From positions 2,204 through 66,203 of the IMG/VR virus record IMGVR_UViG_3300030332_001412: 64,000 nt of DNA; one strand, written 5' to 3'. The notes beneath the pieces are model-generated. The model did no database searches. It worked only from the letters and a program-made list of their open reading frames with translations, and had not been told where the DNA came from. Positions 9,409 through 18,255 of this stretch are shown here, piece after piece. Numbering within the stretch: position 1 is the stretch's first letter; each line of letters begins with the position of its first letter. Origin of the DNA: a virus. Taxonomy: Duplodnaviria; Caudoviricetes. The translations under genes and the position numbers were made by a program.

Positions 9409-9726
9409 ATGACTGATCTGTTCGACTATGACCCCAAGCCCGACCCATGGCCAATCGAGACGGGGGTGCCCATCAGCGGCGACAAAAGTCCGCGGCAGCG
9501 GGTGAAATGGGCCCGGCCCGATTTCCAAGCGCAGCTTGCCCGGCTTGAGGTGGGGCAATCGTTCGTGGTGCGGCCCGAGCAATGCGGCGGGGCGCCGCTG
9601 ATCGTCGTCCAGAACCTCGCCAGCGGGGCGGCGGCGACCTATTGCAAAGGCTTCACCCCCGGGGCCCGGAAATTTACCACCCGCCAGATCGGCGGCGAAT
9701 TCGTGAGAGTCTGGCGCACGATATGA
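9409..9726 (+). CDS. Small putative DNA-binding protein
   Basis: Strong SD; IETGVPI...LEVGQSFVV...FTTRQ...VRVWR pattern. Confidence 0.6.
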   Translation: MTDLFDYDPKPDPWPIETGVPISGDKSPRQRVKWARPDFQAQLARLEVGQSFVVRPEQCGGAPLIVVQNLASGAAATYCKGFTPGARKFTTRQIGGEFVRVWRTI

Positions 9727-10922
9727 CCGCCTACAACAGCCTGATCGCCGCCTACTACAATGAGAACGACCCGGTTGCCGCCGAATGGTTGCGCCGCTTG
9801 ATCGCGCGCGGCTTGATTGCGCCAGGCGAGGTCGATGAAAGGGATATTCGCGATGTCGCGCCAGCCGAGCTTCTTCGATTTACCCAATGCCATTTCTTCG
9901 CCGGAATCGGGCTCTGGTCAGGAGCCTTGCGGCGAGCCGGATGGCCCGACGACCGCCCTATCTGGACCGGATCATGCCCATGCCAGCCTTTCAGCGAGGC
10001 AGGCGCAGGAGCGGGGTTTGCTGACGAGCGGCACCTTTGGCCGCACTGGCATTGGCTTATCCAGCATTGCCGACCTCGGGTCATCGTTGGCGAGCAAGTT
10101 GCGGCAAAGGACGGCCTCGGGTGGTTCGATCTTGTATCGGCTGACTTGGCGGGAATCGGTTACGCCCGAGGGGCGGTCGATCTGGCAGCTGCGGGCTTCG
10201 GGATGGAGTGGCGGGGCTCTGCCGAACAGGAACGGTTGGTCCGGGCCCTACGCCTTTGTCCAGATCCCATGGTCGCCCGGCATCTTGGTGCCTTTGCCGA
10301 TTGGGCTGATCAGGCTCTTGCGCTCGGGGGCCACCACATCAGGCAACGACTCTACTTTGTCGGGATGGCCGACCCAGACGGCGAAGAAATCGGCGGGCGC
10401 GGCGAATACCGACCCGGAGAAATCGCTGGCCAGAGCGAAGGGCCCGCATTCGAACGACTTGCAGGATTTCGTTCAACTGGCGGGGTGGTCGACGGCCAGC
10501 GCCCGGGATTGGAAAGACAGCGCGGGGATGGCGACCGAGGGGACGAACCCGGACGGCTCGCTGCGCAAGCGGACAGATCAATTGCCGAGGCAGGCCAATC
10601 TGGCCGGGTGGCCCTCGGCTCTGGCGAACGACGGGAAGGCCAGCGACTATTCGACCAGCCGGGGCCACCGCATTCTGAAATTGCCCGGGGCGGCGAAGAT
10701 GGCCGGGGGGATGGACAAGCCGATGCGCTTGACGGCGAGCGGGACGCTGTTGATTGGCTCTACTGCCGGGATGGAGAGTGGCGGCCAGTTAGATCCGGCA
10801 CATTCCCGTTGGCTGATGCGAATCCCGGAAGATTGGGCCAGTTGCGCGCCTACGGAAACGGCCTCGACTTTGAAACGGCGACGGAATTCTGCCGCGTCGT
10901 AAAGGAATTGGCCGACGCATGA
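9723..10922 (+). CDS. C5-cytosine DNA methyltransferase, alpha polypeptide
   Basis: FFAGIG (I), GSCPCQPFS (IV), GEQV (VI), [10 protein letters not shown] (VIII), LRAYGN (X); motif IX not in this frame. Confidence 0.9.
   Translation: MTAYNSLIAAYYNENDPVAAEWLRRLIARGLIAPGEVDERDIRDVAPAELLRFTQCHFFAGIGLWSGALRRAGWPDDRPIWTGSCPCQPFSEAGAGAGFADERHLWPHWHWLIQHCRPRVIVGEQVAAKDGLGWFDLVSADLAGIGYARGAVDLAAAGFGMEWRGSAEQERLVRALRLCPDPMVARHLGAFADWADQALALGGHHIRQRLYFVGMADPDGEEIGGRGEYRPGEIAGQSEGPAFERLAGFRSTGGVVDGQRPGLERQRGDGDRGDEPGRLAAQADRSIAEAGQSGRVALGSGERREGQRLFDQPGPPHSEIARGGEDGRGDGQADALDGERDAVDWLYCRDGEWRPVRSGTFPLADANPGRLGQLRAYGNGLDFETATEFCRVVKELADA
9853..10902 (+). CDS. C5 methyltransferase beta polypeptide in an alternative frame
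   Basis: SD AAGGGA before ATG 9853; GW(P/S)T..A.D TRD-like repeats; [17 protein letters not shown] = motif IX. Confidence 0.75.
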   Translation: MSRQPSFFDLPNAISSPESGSGQEPCGEPDGPTTALSGPDHAHASLSARQAQERGLLTSGTFGRTGIGLSSIADLGSSLASKLRQRTASGGSILYRLTWRESVTPEGRSIWQLRASGWSGGALPNRNGWSGPYAFVQIPWSPGILVPLPIGLIRLLRSGATTSGNDSTLSGWPTQTAKKSAGAANTDPEKSLARAKGPHSNDLQDFVQLAGWSTASARDWKDSAGMATEGTNPDGSLRKRTDQLPRQANLAGWPSALANDGKASDYSTSRGHRILKLPGAAKMAGGMDKPMRLTASGTLLIGSTAGMESGGQLDPAHSRWLMRIPEDWASCAPTETASTLKRRRNSAAS

Positions 10923-11107
10923 TTGAGGTAGTCCAGATCGGGGCGCGCTGGTCTTGGGAAATGATCAGCGCCAGCGGGCGCGTGCTGGCCTATCCGCTCG
11001 AGTCATGGTCATCGATCCAAGACGCCGCCCGGGCTGGCCAATCCTATCGGGCGGCGATCTGGGCCCGGGCCGAGGAAATCGATCATCGCCAAGCGCGCGC
11101 GATCTGA
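10919..11107 (+). CDS. Hypothetical protein
   Basis: ATGA-coupled on both sides. Confidence 0.55.
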   Translation: MIEVVQIGARWSWEMISASGRVLAYPLESWSSIQDAARAGQSYRAAIWARAEEIDHRQARAI

Positions 11108-11697
11108 TGGCCATTCGAGATTTCCCGATGCCGCAATGGCCCAACAGCGGCAAGCGTGGCTGGTGCCGCTGGTGCGGTGAGCAAATCCCGGTCGTCATCG
11201 ACGGCAAGAAATCGACGCAACGGCTCTGGCACCCCCATTGCTTCGCTCAATGGGAATTGCACACCCGGCGCGACGCGCAGATGGCCTATCTGATCGATTG
11301 CTACGGCAAGCGATGCCGGACCTGTCCCGATGGCACGCCGGTGCCGAAGCACTGGATCAAGGGCCCGGAGGTGACGGTCTATCAACCGAGGCCGTCGTTC
11401 GGCTCGCCCGCTGAAATAGGCGTCGAGGAATGGCGACGGCTGCACGCTGCCTGGCGCGCCGAAAACCCGAACCCGCGCTATACCGAGGTCGATCTGGTCG
11501 ATTGGCTTGAGGTCGATCATCGCACCCCGCTTTGGGAGGTCGCCGATCTGCCGGACGACGAACGCCGCTGGTATTTCGGCCCCGGCAATCTCTGGCTGCT
11601 ATGCGGCCCATGCCATCAGCAAAAGACTGCGCGCGAGGCGGCGAGGCGAGCGGCGATCAAGCGCGCCGTTGTGGCGCAAATGCGGCTCGACCTATAG
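11107..11697 (+). CDS. HNH endonuclease
   Basis: CRWC, CRTC, EVDHRTPL...NLWLLCGPCHQQKT. Confidence 0.85.
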   Translation: MAIRDFPMPQWPNSGKRGWCRWCGEQIPVVIDGKKSTQRLWHPHCFAQWELHTRRDAQMAYLIDCYGKRCRTCPDGTPVPKHWIKGPEVTVYQPRPSFGSPAEIGVEEWRRLHAAWRAENPNPRYTEVDLVDWLEVDHRTPLWEVADLPDDERRWYFGPGNLWLLCGPCHQQKTAREAARRAAIKRAVVAQMRLDL

Positions 11698-11747
11698 CCG
11701 GGGCCCGGGCGCTCCGGATGTTTTATTAGGACTAAGGCAGATTTCGC

Positions 11748-11776
11748 TTCGCTGCGATGGTTGCAGTCGCTAACAG
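11748..11776 (+). promoter_or_regulatory. sigma70-like promoter with 15-bp operator
   Basis: TTCGCT-17bp-TAACAG; CTGCGATGGTTGCAG at 11752-11766. Confidence 0.65.
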
Positions 11777-11802
11777 GGCAGCACCACCACGGAGACGACA
11801 GA

Positions 11803-12168
11803 ATGCCTACCCCACCAAAGCCATCGATTCAGGAACGAGCCGCCGACGCGATCTGCCCAGAATGCGGCGGCGAGGTCGTCCGGCGCTCAAGCCGGGGCCC
11901 GATGCCTACCTTTTGCTCCAAGCTGTGCCGCCGCGAGCATAGCAATCGCCATCTAGTCGAAGGCCGGGCGATCATCGCCTTGCTGAAGGCTTGGCGGATT
12001 GATCGCGGCAGCGGCGAGATTGCCAAGACGGCCTTCACCCAAGCGACGCAAATCCTCGACGGCTTCAATTTCGCCGACCGGGAGGCCGAGCGCCCCCGGG
12101 CCGACCTCTACGCCGCGAAGCTGATGGCCAGCGGCACGCTCTATATGGACCGCGCTCGGGCGCGATAA
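11803..12168 (+). CDS. Zn-ribbon hypothetical protein
   Basis: CPECG...FCSKLCR; CCACCACGGAG leader. Confidence 0.7.
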   Translation: MPTPPKPSIQERAADAICPECGGEVVRRSSRGPMPTFCSKLCRREHSNRHLVEGRAIIALLKAWRIDRGSGEIAKTAFTQATQILDGFNFADREAERPRADLYAAKLMASGTLYMDRARAR

Positions 12169-12170
12169 TA

Positions 12171-12221
12171 CTGCGGCCATTGCAGAATTCGGTTGCTGCA
12201 ATGGTTGCGTGATGGCAACTC
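12171..12221 (+). promoter_or_regulatory. Tandem 15-bp operators and promoter
   Basis: CTGCGGCCATTGCAG (12171-12185) and CTGCAATGGTTGCGT (12196-12210). Confidence 0.6.
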
Positions 12222-12247
12222 CCCCACACCCCACCACGGAGATTGAA

Positions 12248-12496
12248 ATGAAAGCCTGCATCAACAACTCGAATGACGATCATCTGTCGCCGCAAGCGCG
12301 AAAGCTAATCGGCACCATGCGCGGCGATATGGTCGAGCGAGCCGACGGCCAGCCGATGCCTGATCGCTTTACGGCCATCCCCCATCCTGATCGCCCGGCG
12401 ATGATCATTTGCGACGAGCAAAGCGGGCGCAGCACCACCGTTGGCCTCTACGCCTATAGGGCGATGCGCGAGGCCTTGAACGATCTGTTCGGCTGA
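12248..12496 (+). CDS. Hypothetical protein
   Basis: CCACCACGGAG leader, ATG 12248. Confidence 0.65.
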   Translation: MKACINNSNDDHLSPQARKLIGTMRGDMVERADGQPMPDRFTAIPHPDRPAMIICDEQSGRSTTVGLYAYRAMREALNDLFG

Positions 12497-12575
12497 ATCC
12501 CCGGGAGGGCGGGCCAGCACCGCCCCGACGATGGGTCCAGCACCCAATCACGAAACCACCACAGGAAGAAAAACG

Positions 12576-13067
12576 ATGACCAAGATTGCCAAGATTACCA
12601 AGCAGACCCTCCCGCAGATCGCCGAGCAGATGGAGAGCGAACTCGCGGCGCTCGCCGAGAAGCTAGGCCTGAAGATCAGCTATGGCGGCGGCAAATATGA
12701 CGCCGCTGGCAACGAGGGCACAATCAATATCACGGTCAAGATCGATGACCCCGAGGTCCAGCGCGAGGCCGCCCGCCTGATCTGGAATAACAACTGTCGA
12801 CTCATCGGCATTGATTATACCGATACCGAGAACAGCGGCTTGCGCCCCGAGGATTTCGGCACCGAATTCAAATATGGGCAGGCGACCTATGAGACGACCG
12901 GCATCGCCACCCGGGGCCGGGGCTCGCAGAAATACCCCATCCTCGTCAAAGTCATCAATGACCCGAAGGGCAAGCACGCCAGCGGCACGGCGCTGATGCT
13001 CCCCGATACAGCCGTGCCGCTGATCAGGATGGCCACAGACGCCGCACAGGCGACGAAAGCCGCCTAA
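12576..13067 (+). CDS. Hypothetical protein
   Basis: CCACCACAGGA leader, ATG 12576. Confidence 0.7.
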   Translation: MTKIAKITKQTLPQIAEQMESELAALAEKLGLKISYGGGKYDAAGNEGTINITVKIDDPEVQREAARLIWNNNCRLIGIDYTDTENSGLRPEDFGTEFKYGQATYETTGIATRGRGSQKYPILVKVINDPKGKHASGTALMLPDTAVPLIRMATDAAQATKAA

Positions 13068-13150
13068 CCGGGTCAGCGTCCCCTAGACCCCGCTGGTTAG
13101 CGCCAGCGGGGCGCAGATGGGCGCTGACGCCCTATCGGGAGAGCATCGCT

Positions 13151-13279
13151 ATGCGAGCATCAACGATCTTGCGACTGATCGACCGCCTTTTCGGGCGCCC
13201 CTTCCACCTTTGCCGCGATTGCGGGGGCGGCTATGTCTGCCCCGCATGCCGCTGGCCCGGCGAGAAGGGGTGGGACTGA
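13151..13279 (+). CDS. 42-aa zinc-finger microprotein (not in ORF track)
   Basis: SD GGAGAG; MRASTILRLIDRLFGRPFHLCRDCGGGYVCPACRWPGEKGWD; stop overlaps next ATG. Confidence 0.55.
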   Translation: MRASTILRLIDRLFGRPFHLCRDCGGGYVCPACRWPGEKGWD

Positions 13280-13656
13280 TGGCCGCGCCCACCGTCACAT
13301 TCTCGGGCGCGGAGGTCGCCTTGCTGGCGGGCATCATCGCCGGGGCGCTCCCCGCGCTGGATGAATCCGATTTCGATGTCGCCGACCTCTTGCTCGACAA
13401 GGCGCTGGCGGCATTGCCCCGCCCTATCGCGCCTGATCTTGGCAACAAGATCGCGCACTTGCGCATCCCGCCGCTTGATCGATTTCGTATCGCCATTCTG
13501 GCGCGCTTTCCGTCGGGATCAAAGTTCAACCTCATTGACGCCTCTATCGTCGGCAAGGTCCGGCCCTCGCGAGCCTTCACGCTATTGGAGACGCTCGCGC
13601 TTGAGAACGGCGTCATCCAGCGGGCAGGGAGCGAGCATTGGACCATTGGAGCCTGA
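13279..13656 (+). CDS. Hypothetical protein, possible winged helix
   Basis: TGATG coupling; MAAPTVTF... Confidence 0.55.
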   Translation: MAAPTVTFSGAEVALLAGIIAGALPALDESDFDVADLLLDKALAALPRPIAPDLGNKIAHLRIPPLDRFRIAILARFPSGSKFNLIDASIVGKVRPSRAFTLLETLALENGVIQRAGSEHWTIGA

Positions 13657-13850
13657 ATCGACATCCCGAGGCCATAGCGGCCTTGCGCGCGCTGCATGAT
13701 GTCGGCGTGGTCCGGGCCGAGTGGAACCACCCGGGCTATGAAGTCCTGCGGCATCGCAATCTGATCGCATGGCGAGCCGCCAGCACCACCGCCCGGGACT
13801 ATCGCCTGACGCCCCGGGGCCGGGAACTCGCAAAGGATCTTTTCGGATGA
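13638..13850 (+). CDS. Hypothetical protein
   Basis: Operon position; YRLTPRGRE winged-helix-like end; start uncertain. Confidence 0.5.
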   Translation: MDHWSLNRHPEAIAALRALHDVGVVRAEWNHPGYEVLRHRNLIAWRAASTTARDYRLTPRGRELAKDLFG

Positions 13851-13993
13851 TTGACCAAATCCTCGGGGCCCTCTGGCCCCTGATCATCGCCGCCAGCGCC
13901 GGGGTCGCCATCGCGTCCCTGATCGATAGCGCCAGCGCGGGCGTCGCCCATTTCAAAGCACTCAAGGAGCAATTGACCAATGACCGAACCTAA
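13847..13993 (+). CDS. Small single-TM protein
   Basis: ATGA overlap; ILGALWPLIIAASAGVAIASLI. Confidence 0.5.
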   Translation: MIDQILGALWPLIIAASAGVAIASLIDSASAGVAHFKALKEQLTNDRT

Positions 13994-14198
13994 GCACCCC
14001 GAGACGGCCGATCTGGCCCGGCGCGCGCTTGAGGCTTCGGGTTGCAAGACCCGTAAGGAATTCATCGCCATGTTCGGCGATGCCATCAAGATGCGGACGC
14101 TCGACGGATGGCTGGCGGGCAATTGCCCCTTGCCGCCCCTGACCTCTCTCATGTTGCGCGAGTTCGTCGCCGGATGGAGGCCGACTTGCATCGCATAA
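13980..14198 (+). CDS. Small HTH-like protein
   Basis: SD AAGGAG; KEFIAMFG..MRTLDGWLAG. Confidence 0.55.
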   Translation: MTEPKHPETADLARRALEASGCKTRKEFIAMFGDAIKMRTLDGWLAGNCPLPPLTSLMLREFVAGWRPTCIA

Positions 14199-14425
14199 AC
14201 GGGGAGACGCGCGACGAGGCCGAAGCCGAATTCGACGCCCAGATCGACGCGAAGGCGCAGATCGCGTTCGCTTGCGATTGCCGCCTCGCGGTCGAGCGAT
14301 GGGCCTGCACCAACGGGTGCTGCATTCGCTATAATTTCACTGTCCTGTCAGCCGGGGAGATCGCGCCCAAAGGCTGGACGATCTACGAAAACCATGGCGG
14401 CAGAGCCGTGGGAAGGAGCGCCTGA
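14186..14425 (+). CDS. Hypothetical Cys-containing protein
   Basis: SD GGAGG, TTG 14186. Confidence 0.5.
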   Translation: MHRINGETRDEAEAEFDAQIDAKAQIAFACDCRLAVERWACTNGCCIRYNFTVLSAGEIAPKGWTIYENHGGRAVGRSA

Positions 14426-15183
14426 TGTCGCGCGCGATGGGATCGCATCAATCGGCCAAGGCGCAAAGCGTGGTATGGCTCACGCCGCCCGGCATCATCC
14501 AAGCCCTCGGGGGAGCCGGCACTTTCGATCTTGACCCCTGCGCCGCCCCGGCACCGCGCCCATGGCCGACCGCCCGGCACATGAACGGCCAGGCTGACGC
14601 GAATGGGTTGCTAATCGATTGGTGGGGCCGCGTCTGGCTCAATCCGCCCTATTCGTCAGCCGAGATAGGCAAGTGGATGCGGCGCTTGGCCGACCATGGG
14701 CGGGGCACGGCCCTGATCTTTGCCCGCACCGAGACGGAAGCATTCAGGCGCGAGGTATGGGAGCGCGCGAGCGGGCTCCTGTTTCTCTACGGGCGGATCA
14801 ATTTCCACCGGCCCGATGGATCGCGAGCCCGCCAGAACGCGGGCGCGCCCTCGGTGCTTTGCGCTTATGGGCAGGACGATCTTGACCGCTTGGCCGAGGC
14901 TGATCTGCAAGGATCGCTCGTCCCTCTGCGCTTTGCCCGCTACCTCCTGATCGACGGTCTGGTCGGCACATGGGGCGAGGAAATCAAGCGATGGCTCGGC
15001 GATCAGGCCGGGCCGGTCAATCTAAGCGACGCCTACCGCCATTTCGCGCGCCACCCCAAGAGCAAGCGCAATCGCCACTGGCAGGCCAAGGTGCGCCAGC
15101 AATTGCAAATCCATGGCCGCCGGATTGGCCCGGCGCGATGGCAGGGGAGGCGCGAGTGCGACGCAAGACTGCCCGGCCTATAG
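14425..15183 (+). CDS. dam: Phage Dam-family N6-adenine methyltransferase
   Basis: WLTPP, FDLDPCA, VWLNPPYS, LIFARTET, LFLYGRINF. Confidence 0.9.
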   Translation: MSRAMGSHQSAKAQSVVWLTPPGIIQALGGAGTFDLDPCAAPAPRPWPTARHMNGQADANGLLIDWWGRVWLNPPYSSAEIGKWMRRLADHGRGTALIFARTETEAFRREVWERASGLLFLYGRINFHRPDGSRARQNAGAPSVLCAYGQDDLDRLAEADLQGSLVPLRFARYLLIDGLVGTWGEEIKRWLGDQAGPVNLSDAYRHFARHPKSKRNRHWQAKVRQQLQIHGRRIGPARWQGRRECDARLPGL

Positions 15184-15572
15184 ACCCGCCGATTTGCTGC
15201 GAATGCGCGCAAGAGGCGACGCTGACGCAGAGCCAAGCGATCTACCCGCACCGCCCCGATCTTTGGAATCGTCCGATGTGGCTTTGCCAGTGCGGTGCCT
15301 ATTGCGGTTGCCACAAGGGGACCGAGCGGCCCGTCGGGCGACCGGCGGGCAAGGAGACCCGGCTCGCGCGGCAAGCCGCCCACGCGGCATTCGACCCGCT
15401 CTGGCAGGCGAAGATGAAGCGCGACAAGATCAGCAAGACGAGGGCCCGGGGTGCCGGGTATCTATGGCTTGCCGACCAACTCGATCTTGACCCCGAGGAT
15501 TGCCACATCGGGTCGATGACCGCCGCCTACGCACGCCGGGTTGTGGCCGTTTGCAAAAGGAGAAATCGTTGA
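15156..15572 (+). CDS. DUF3268-like zinc-finger protein
   Basis: IYPHRPDL...WLCQCGAYCGCH.GT..P.G..A...R..AH.AFDPLW. Confidence 0.8.
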   Translation: MRRKTARPIDPPICCECAQEATLTQSQAIYPHRPDLWNRPMWLCQCGAYCGCHKGTERPVGRPAGKETRLARQAAHAAFDPLWQAKMKRDKISKTRARGAGYLWLADQLDLDPEDCHIGSMTAAYARRVVAVCKRRNR

Positions 15573-15961
15573 GCGATCTACCACGCCCATCAGCCGCGCC
15601 TTGCGGCTCCTGCCCCTATCGCGTCGATGTCCCGTCGGGGATCTGGGCGCGCGAGGAATATGAAAAGCTGACGCTATATGACGGCGAGACATGGGAGCAA
15701 TCGCCCGCGCTGTTCTATTGCCACCAGAACGACGGGCACCTTTGCGCCGGTTGGGCCGGGTGCCACGATACCGACGAATTGCTGGCCCTGCGGCTCAATC
15801 GCGTTTCACATGAAACATTCGAGTATGTCAGCCCGGTCCCGCTTTTCGGCTCGGGCGCCGAGGCGGCCAGCCATGGGATGGCGGCTATCGATTGCCCAGA
15901 TCGGCACGCGGTCAAGATGATCGACAAGCTGGCCGCTCGGCGCTTGGGGATAGATCGTTGA
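15569..15961 (+). CDS. DUF6283-like Cys-rich protein
   Basis: PCGSCPYRVDVPSGIW...FYCHQ...LCAGW; SD AAGGAG, TTG start. Confidence 0.75.
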   Translation: MSDLPRPSAAPCGSCPYRVDVPSGIWAREEYEKLTLYDGETWEQSPALFYCHQNDGHLCAGWAGCHDTDELLALRLNRVSHETFEYVSPVPLFGSGAEAASHGMAAIDCPDRHAVKMIDKLAARRLGIDR

Positions 15962-15972
15962 TGACATTCCCC

Positions 15973-16071
15973 CGCCCATTTCCTATGTGATGGGCGTTCC
16001 TTTCGGAACCGCGTCCTGTGGTGGGAAGCGCGAACCCCGGGAGACCGCCGCTAGGTCGCCCGGGGTTCTTT
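15973..16071 (+). ncRNA. Candidate four-hairpin small RNA ending in an intrinsic terminator
   Basis: Hairpins 15973-15996, 15996-16009, 16010-16032 (loop UGUGGUG) and terminator 16032-16068 followed by TTT. Confidence 0.4.
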
Positions 16072-16089
16072 ATGTCTTAGACGCATTTC

Positions 16090-16141
16090 AATGGGCGATC
16101 TGGCCGGGGCGTTGATGCCCCCGGGGCCGATGATCGCCATT
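16090..16141. terminator. Long hairpin at the convergence of early and late units
   Basis: AATGGGCGATC...GATCGCCATT inverted repeat downstream of the o-spanin; no clear U-tract. Confidence 0.4.
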
Positions 16142-16167
16142 CTCGGCGATCTGACGGGCCCTGCTGG

Positions 16168-16518
16168 TCATTCCTCCGGCTTAGGCAATTGGGCGAGATA
16201 ATCGCGCAGCCAGGCGTCGTCCTCCGCGCAAGCCCACAGCGCCCCTTCGACCTCCACGATATAGTCCGATACCGGCCCTTCGCGCTCGCGCTGGCGTTTC
16301 ACGTATTTGGCGAATTCGGCCATGGCCTGCGGGACGGTCGTTATCGCATCCCAATTGATCGAATATTCGGATTTGATCGTGGGCCGCTGGTCGATGATGA
16401 CCGCGCAATCAACCCGGTCGGCATCAATCGGGATGGGGACTTGAATGCGCTCGGGCCCGCACGCGCTAACCGCCAAACAGCACATCGAAAGGGCTAGAAC
16501 CATCTTCAGCTGCCGCAT
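16168..16518 (-). CDS. o-spanin (Rz1-like lipoprotein)
   Basis: Signal peptide and lipobox LAVSA-C; overlaps end of the i-spanin gene. Confidence 0.75.
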   Translation of the reverse strand: MRQLKMVLALSMCCLAVSACGPERIQVPIPIDADRVDCAVIIDQRPTIKSEYSINWDAITTVPQAMAEFAKYVKRQREREGPVSDYIVEVEGALWACAEDDAWLRDYLAQLPKPEE

Positions 16519-16801
16519 CTAGTTTCTCCTTTTCCGTTTCCACTCGCTTGAACTCAATCGCCGTGCGCTCGGCGCTTTGCTGATCGGCAATTGTGGCGGC
16601 CTCGGCGACTTGCTCCTTGAGCCGCTGCCCGGCCTCTTGCCACGCGGCCTCATTGGCGGCGGCACCATCATTATAGGCGTCGGCGCGCATCCAGACGATC
16701 GCGCCGATCAGAAGGCCGATGACCGTCAGATAGGCCACGAAGGGGGCGGCCTTCTCGCCCACGAAGCCAGCGACCAGTTTGATCAGATAACCCATCGTCA
16801 A
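16466..16801 (-). CDS. i-spanin (Rz-like)
   Basis: N-terminal TM, then coiled coil (AYNDGAAANEAAWQ). Confidence 0.7.
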   Translation of the reverse strand: MTMGYLIKLVAGFVGEKAAPFVAYLTVIGLLIGAIVWMRADAYNDGAAANEAAWQEAGQRLKEQVAEAATIADQQSAERTAIEFKRVETEKEKLDAAAEDGSSPFDVLFGG

Positions 16802-17346
16802 ATCCTTTCATCGTCAGCCGGGGGCATATCCGGCTCGGGGAATGTTTGGGCGGCCTCGCGGCTTTTATCGGCGACCGTCTCGGCGGCGTCATGGGCGGCC
16901 TGTCGCAGCGCGCTATCGCCAGCGCCAAGCCGGGCTGACGCGCCCGCGACCGTGCCGCTCACGCTCGCGCCGGAAAACTTGACGACGAAAACGGCCACCG
17001 GGATCAGGCCGAGGGCGACCGCGAGCGCCTTGGCGACCCATGCGATGGCCTCAATCTGCATTTTGCCCGTCTCGCCGCACAATTCGACGATCAGCTTGAT
17101 GTTCTCGGCGCTGCTCAAGCGGCCATCGGGCCCGAGATATTTCTCGGTAGTCATGATCTGGGCGCACCAATCGCGCGCGGCCAGCGTATTGATCGCATAC
17201 CAATTGAGCCCGATCAGGGCGATGGCGATGATCGCCACGATGGCCCAAGCGAAGCGGACGACCGAGTTTTCCGTCGGGCTGTCCATGAAATCGCGAAAAG
17301 AGTGCCAGGCGTTGGCGACCCGGCGCCGCGCCTTTGGCTTGGTCAT
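16798..17346 (-). CDS. Membrane protein in lysis cassette (holin/antiholin candidate)
   Basis: Two hydrophobic segments; GTGA/ATGA-coupled between endolysin and spanin. Confidence 0.55.
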   Translation of the reverse strand: MTKPKARRRVANAWHSFRDFMDSPTENSVVRFAWAIVAIIAIALIGLNWYAINTLAARDWCAQIMTTEKYLGPDGRLSSAENIKLIVELCGETGKMQIEAIAWVAKALAVALGLIPVAVFVVKFSGASVSGTVAGASARLGAGDSALRQAAHDAAETVADKSREAAQTFPEPDMPPADDERI

Positions 17347-18221
17347 CGCCCCGCCCTTTCACGCCTGATCAGTTCTTCGATCAGTTCGTCGAATAGATCC
17401 TCCACCACCGCGAGGCCGAAGGTGCCGCCGTTGATTGCGCGACGATCATCCTCGACGCCGGGGGTGGCGGCCTTCTCGTCCAGATCGTGCGACTTCCAGA
17501 ACCACCCCGCCGATTGCATCCCGCCCTCGGGCGTGCGGACGTAAGCCGGGATCTCGTCGACACTCTTGCCGATGGCCTTGGCGAATTCCGTCTGATTGTG
17601 GCGGCCTGTGAGTTGCTTGGGGCCGTAGCCCTTATGCTTCCACCCGTCGCCCGGGTAGATATTGCCGAGGTTCTTGGCCCCCCATTCCCCGCCGTAGAGG
17701 ATGTTGGCGAGGGCCTTCTGATCGGCGGCATGGCCATTGCAGCGACCATAGCGGTGCGCGTCGGCGACGCTGATGCGATGGCGGCCAAATTTCTCGACGA
17801 GGGCCTGACAGGAATAATTCAGGCTTTCCTCCAGCCGCGTGAGCCCGGCGCTCTCGACGCTGATATTGGCAAGGAAGCTGGCGACCTCACGGAACGTATC
17901 GATCCCCCAAGCGACGCAGGCCAATTGCGTAGGCTCCACCCATGGCAGCAAGCCCTCGCGGGTATTCTGCGGAAAGGCCATGCAAAGCAGATCAAGGTCG
18001 ATCTGGCGCTGCGCGAAAGATAATTCGGCCGGCGCGGCGGGCTTTGGCTTTAGCGGCTGATCGACCGGCAGCGGCAATTCGGCCAGCATGGCGGCAAAGG
18101 TCAGATTGCCCGCCTGTCCATCGACCCCGTTGCCCCTCGGGCCGCTGGTGCCCAGATCGTGGCCCCGGGCGACAAGGCGGCGTTGGCATTCTTCGGCGAG
18201 CGCGTTGAAGGGTATCGTCAT
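17343..18221 (-). CDS. Endolysin, GH19 (chitinase-like) with N-terminal PG-binding segment
   Basis: ASFLANISVESAGL..LEESLNY, LANILYGG..G..NLGN, GDGWKHKGYGPKQLTGR.N, SAGWFW, INGG..GL. Confidence 0.9.
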   Translation of the reverse strand: MTIPFNALAEECQRRLVARGHDLGTSGPRGNGVDGQAGNLTFAAMLAELPLPVDQPLKPKPAAPAELSFAQRQIDLDLLCMAFPQNTREGLLPWVEPTQLACVAWGIDTFREVASFLANISVESAGLTRLEESLNYSCQALVEKFGRHRISVADAHRYGRCNGHAADQKALANILYGGEWGAKNLGNIYPGDGWKHKGYGPKQLTGRHNQTEFAKAIGKSVDEIPAYVRTPEGGMQSAGWFWKSHDLDEKAATPGVEDDRRAINGGTFGLAVVEDLFDELIEELIRRERAGR

Positions 18222-18255
18222 AGCGGCCAGATACCACCGATCAGGCCGCGAGTCT

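Noticed and set aside
11107-11697. HNH as an intron-encoded homing endonuclease or packaging HNH
   Set aside because: Free-standing and translationally coupled in the early arm, far from terminase, with no interrupted host gene.
15780-15980. Small minus-strand ORF downstream of the CCACCACAGGA copy at 16014-16026
   Set aside because: The nearest ATG is over 30 nt from the motif, lies past the late-unit end, and runs antisense to DUF6283.
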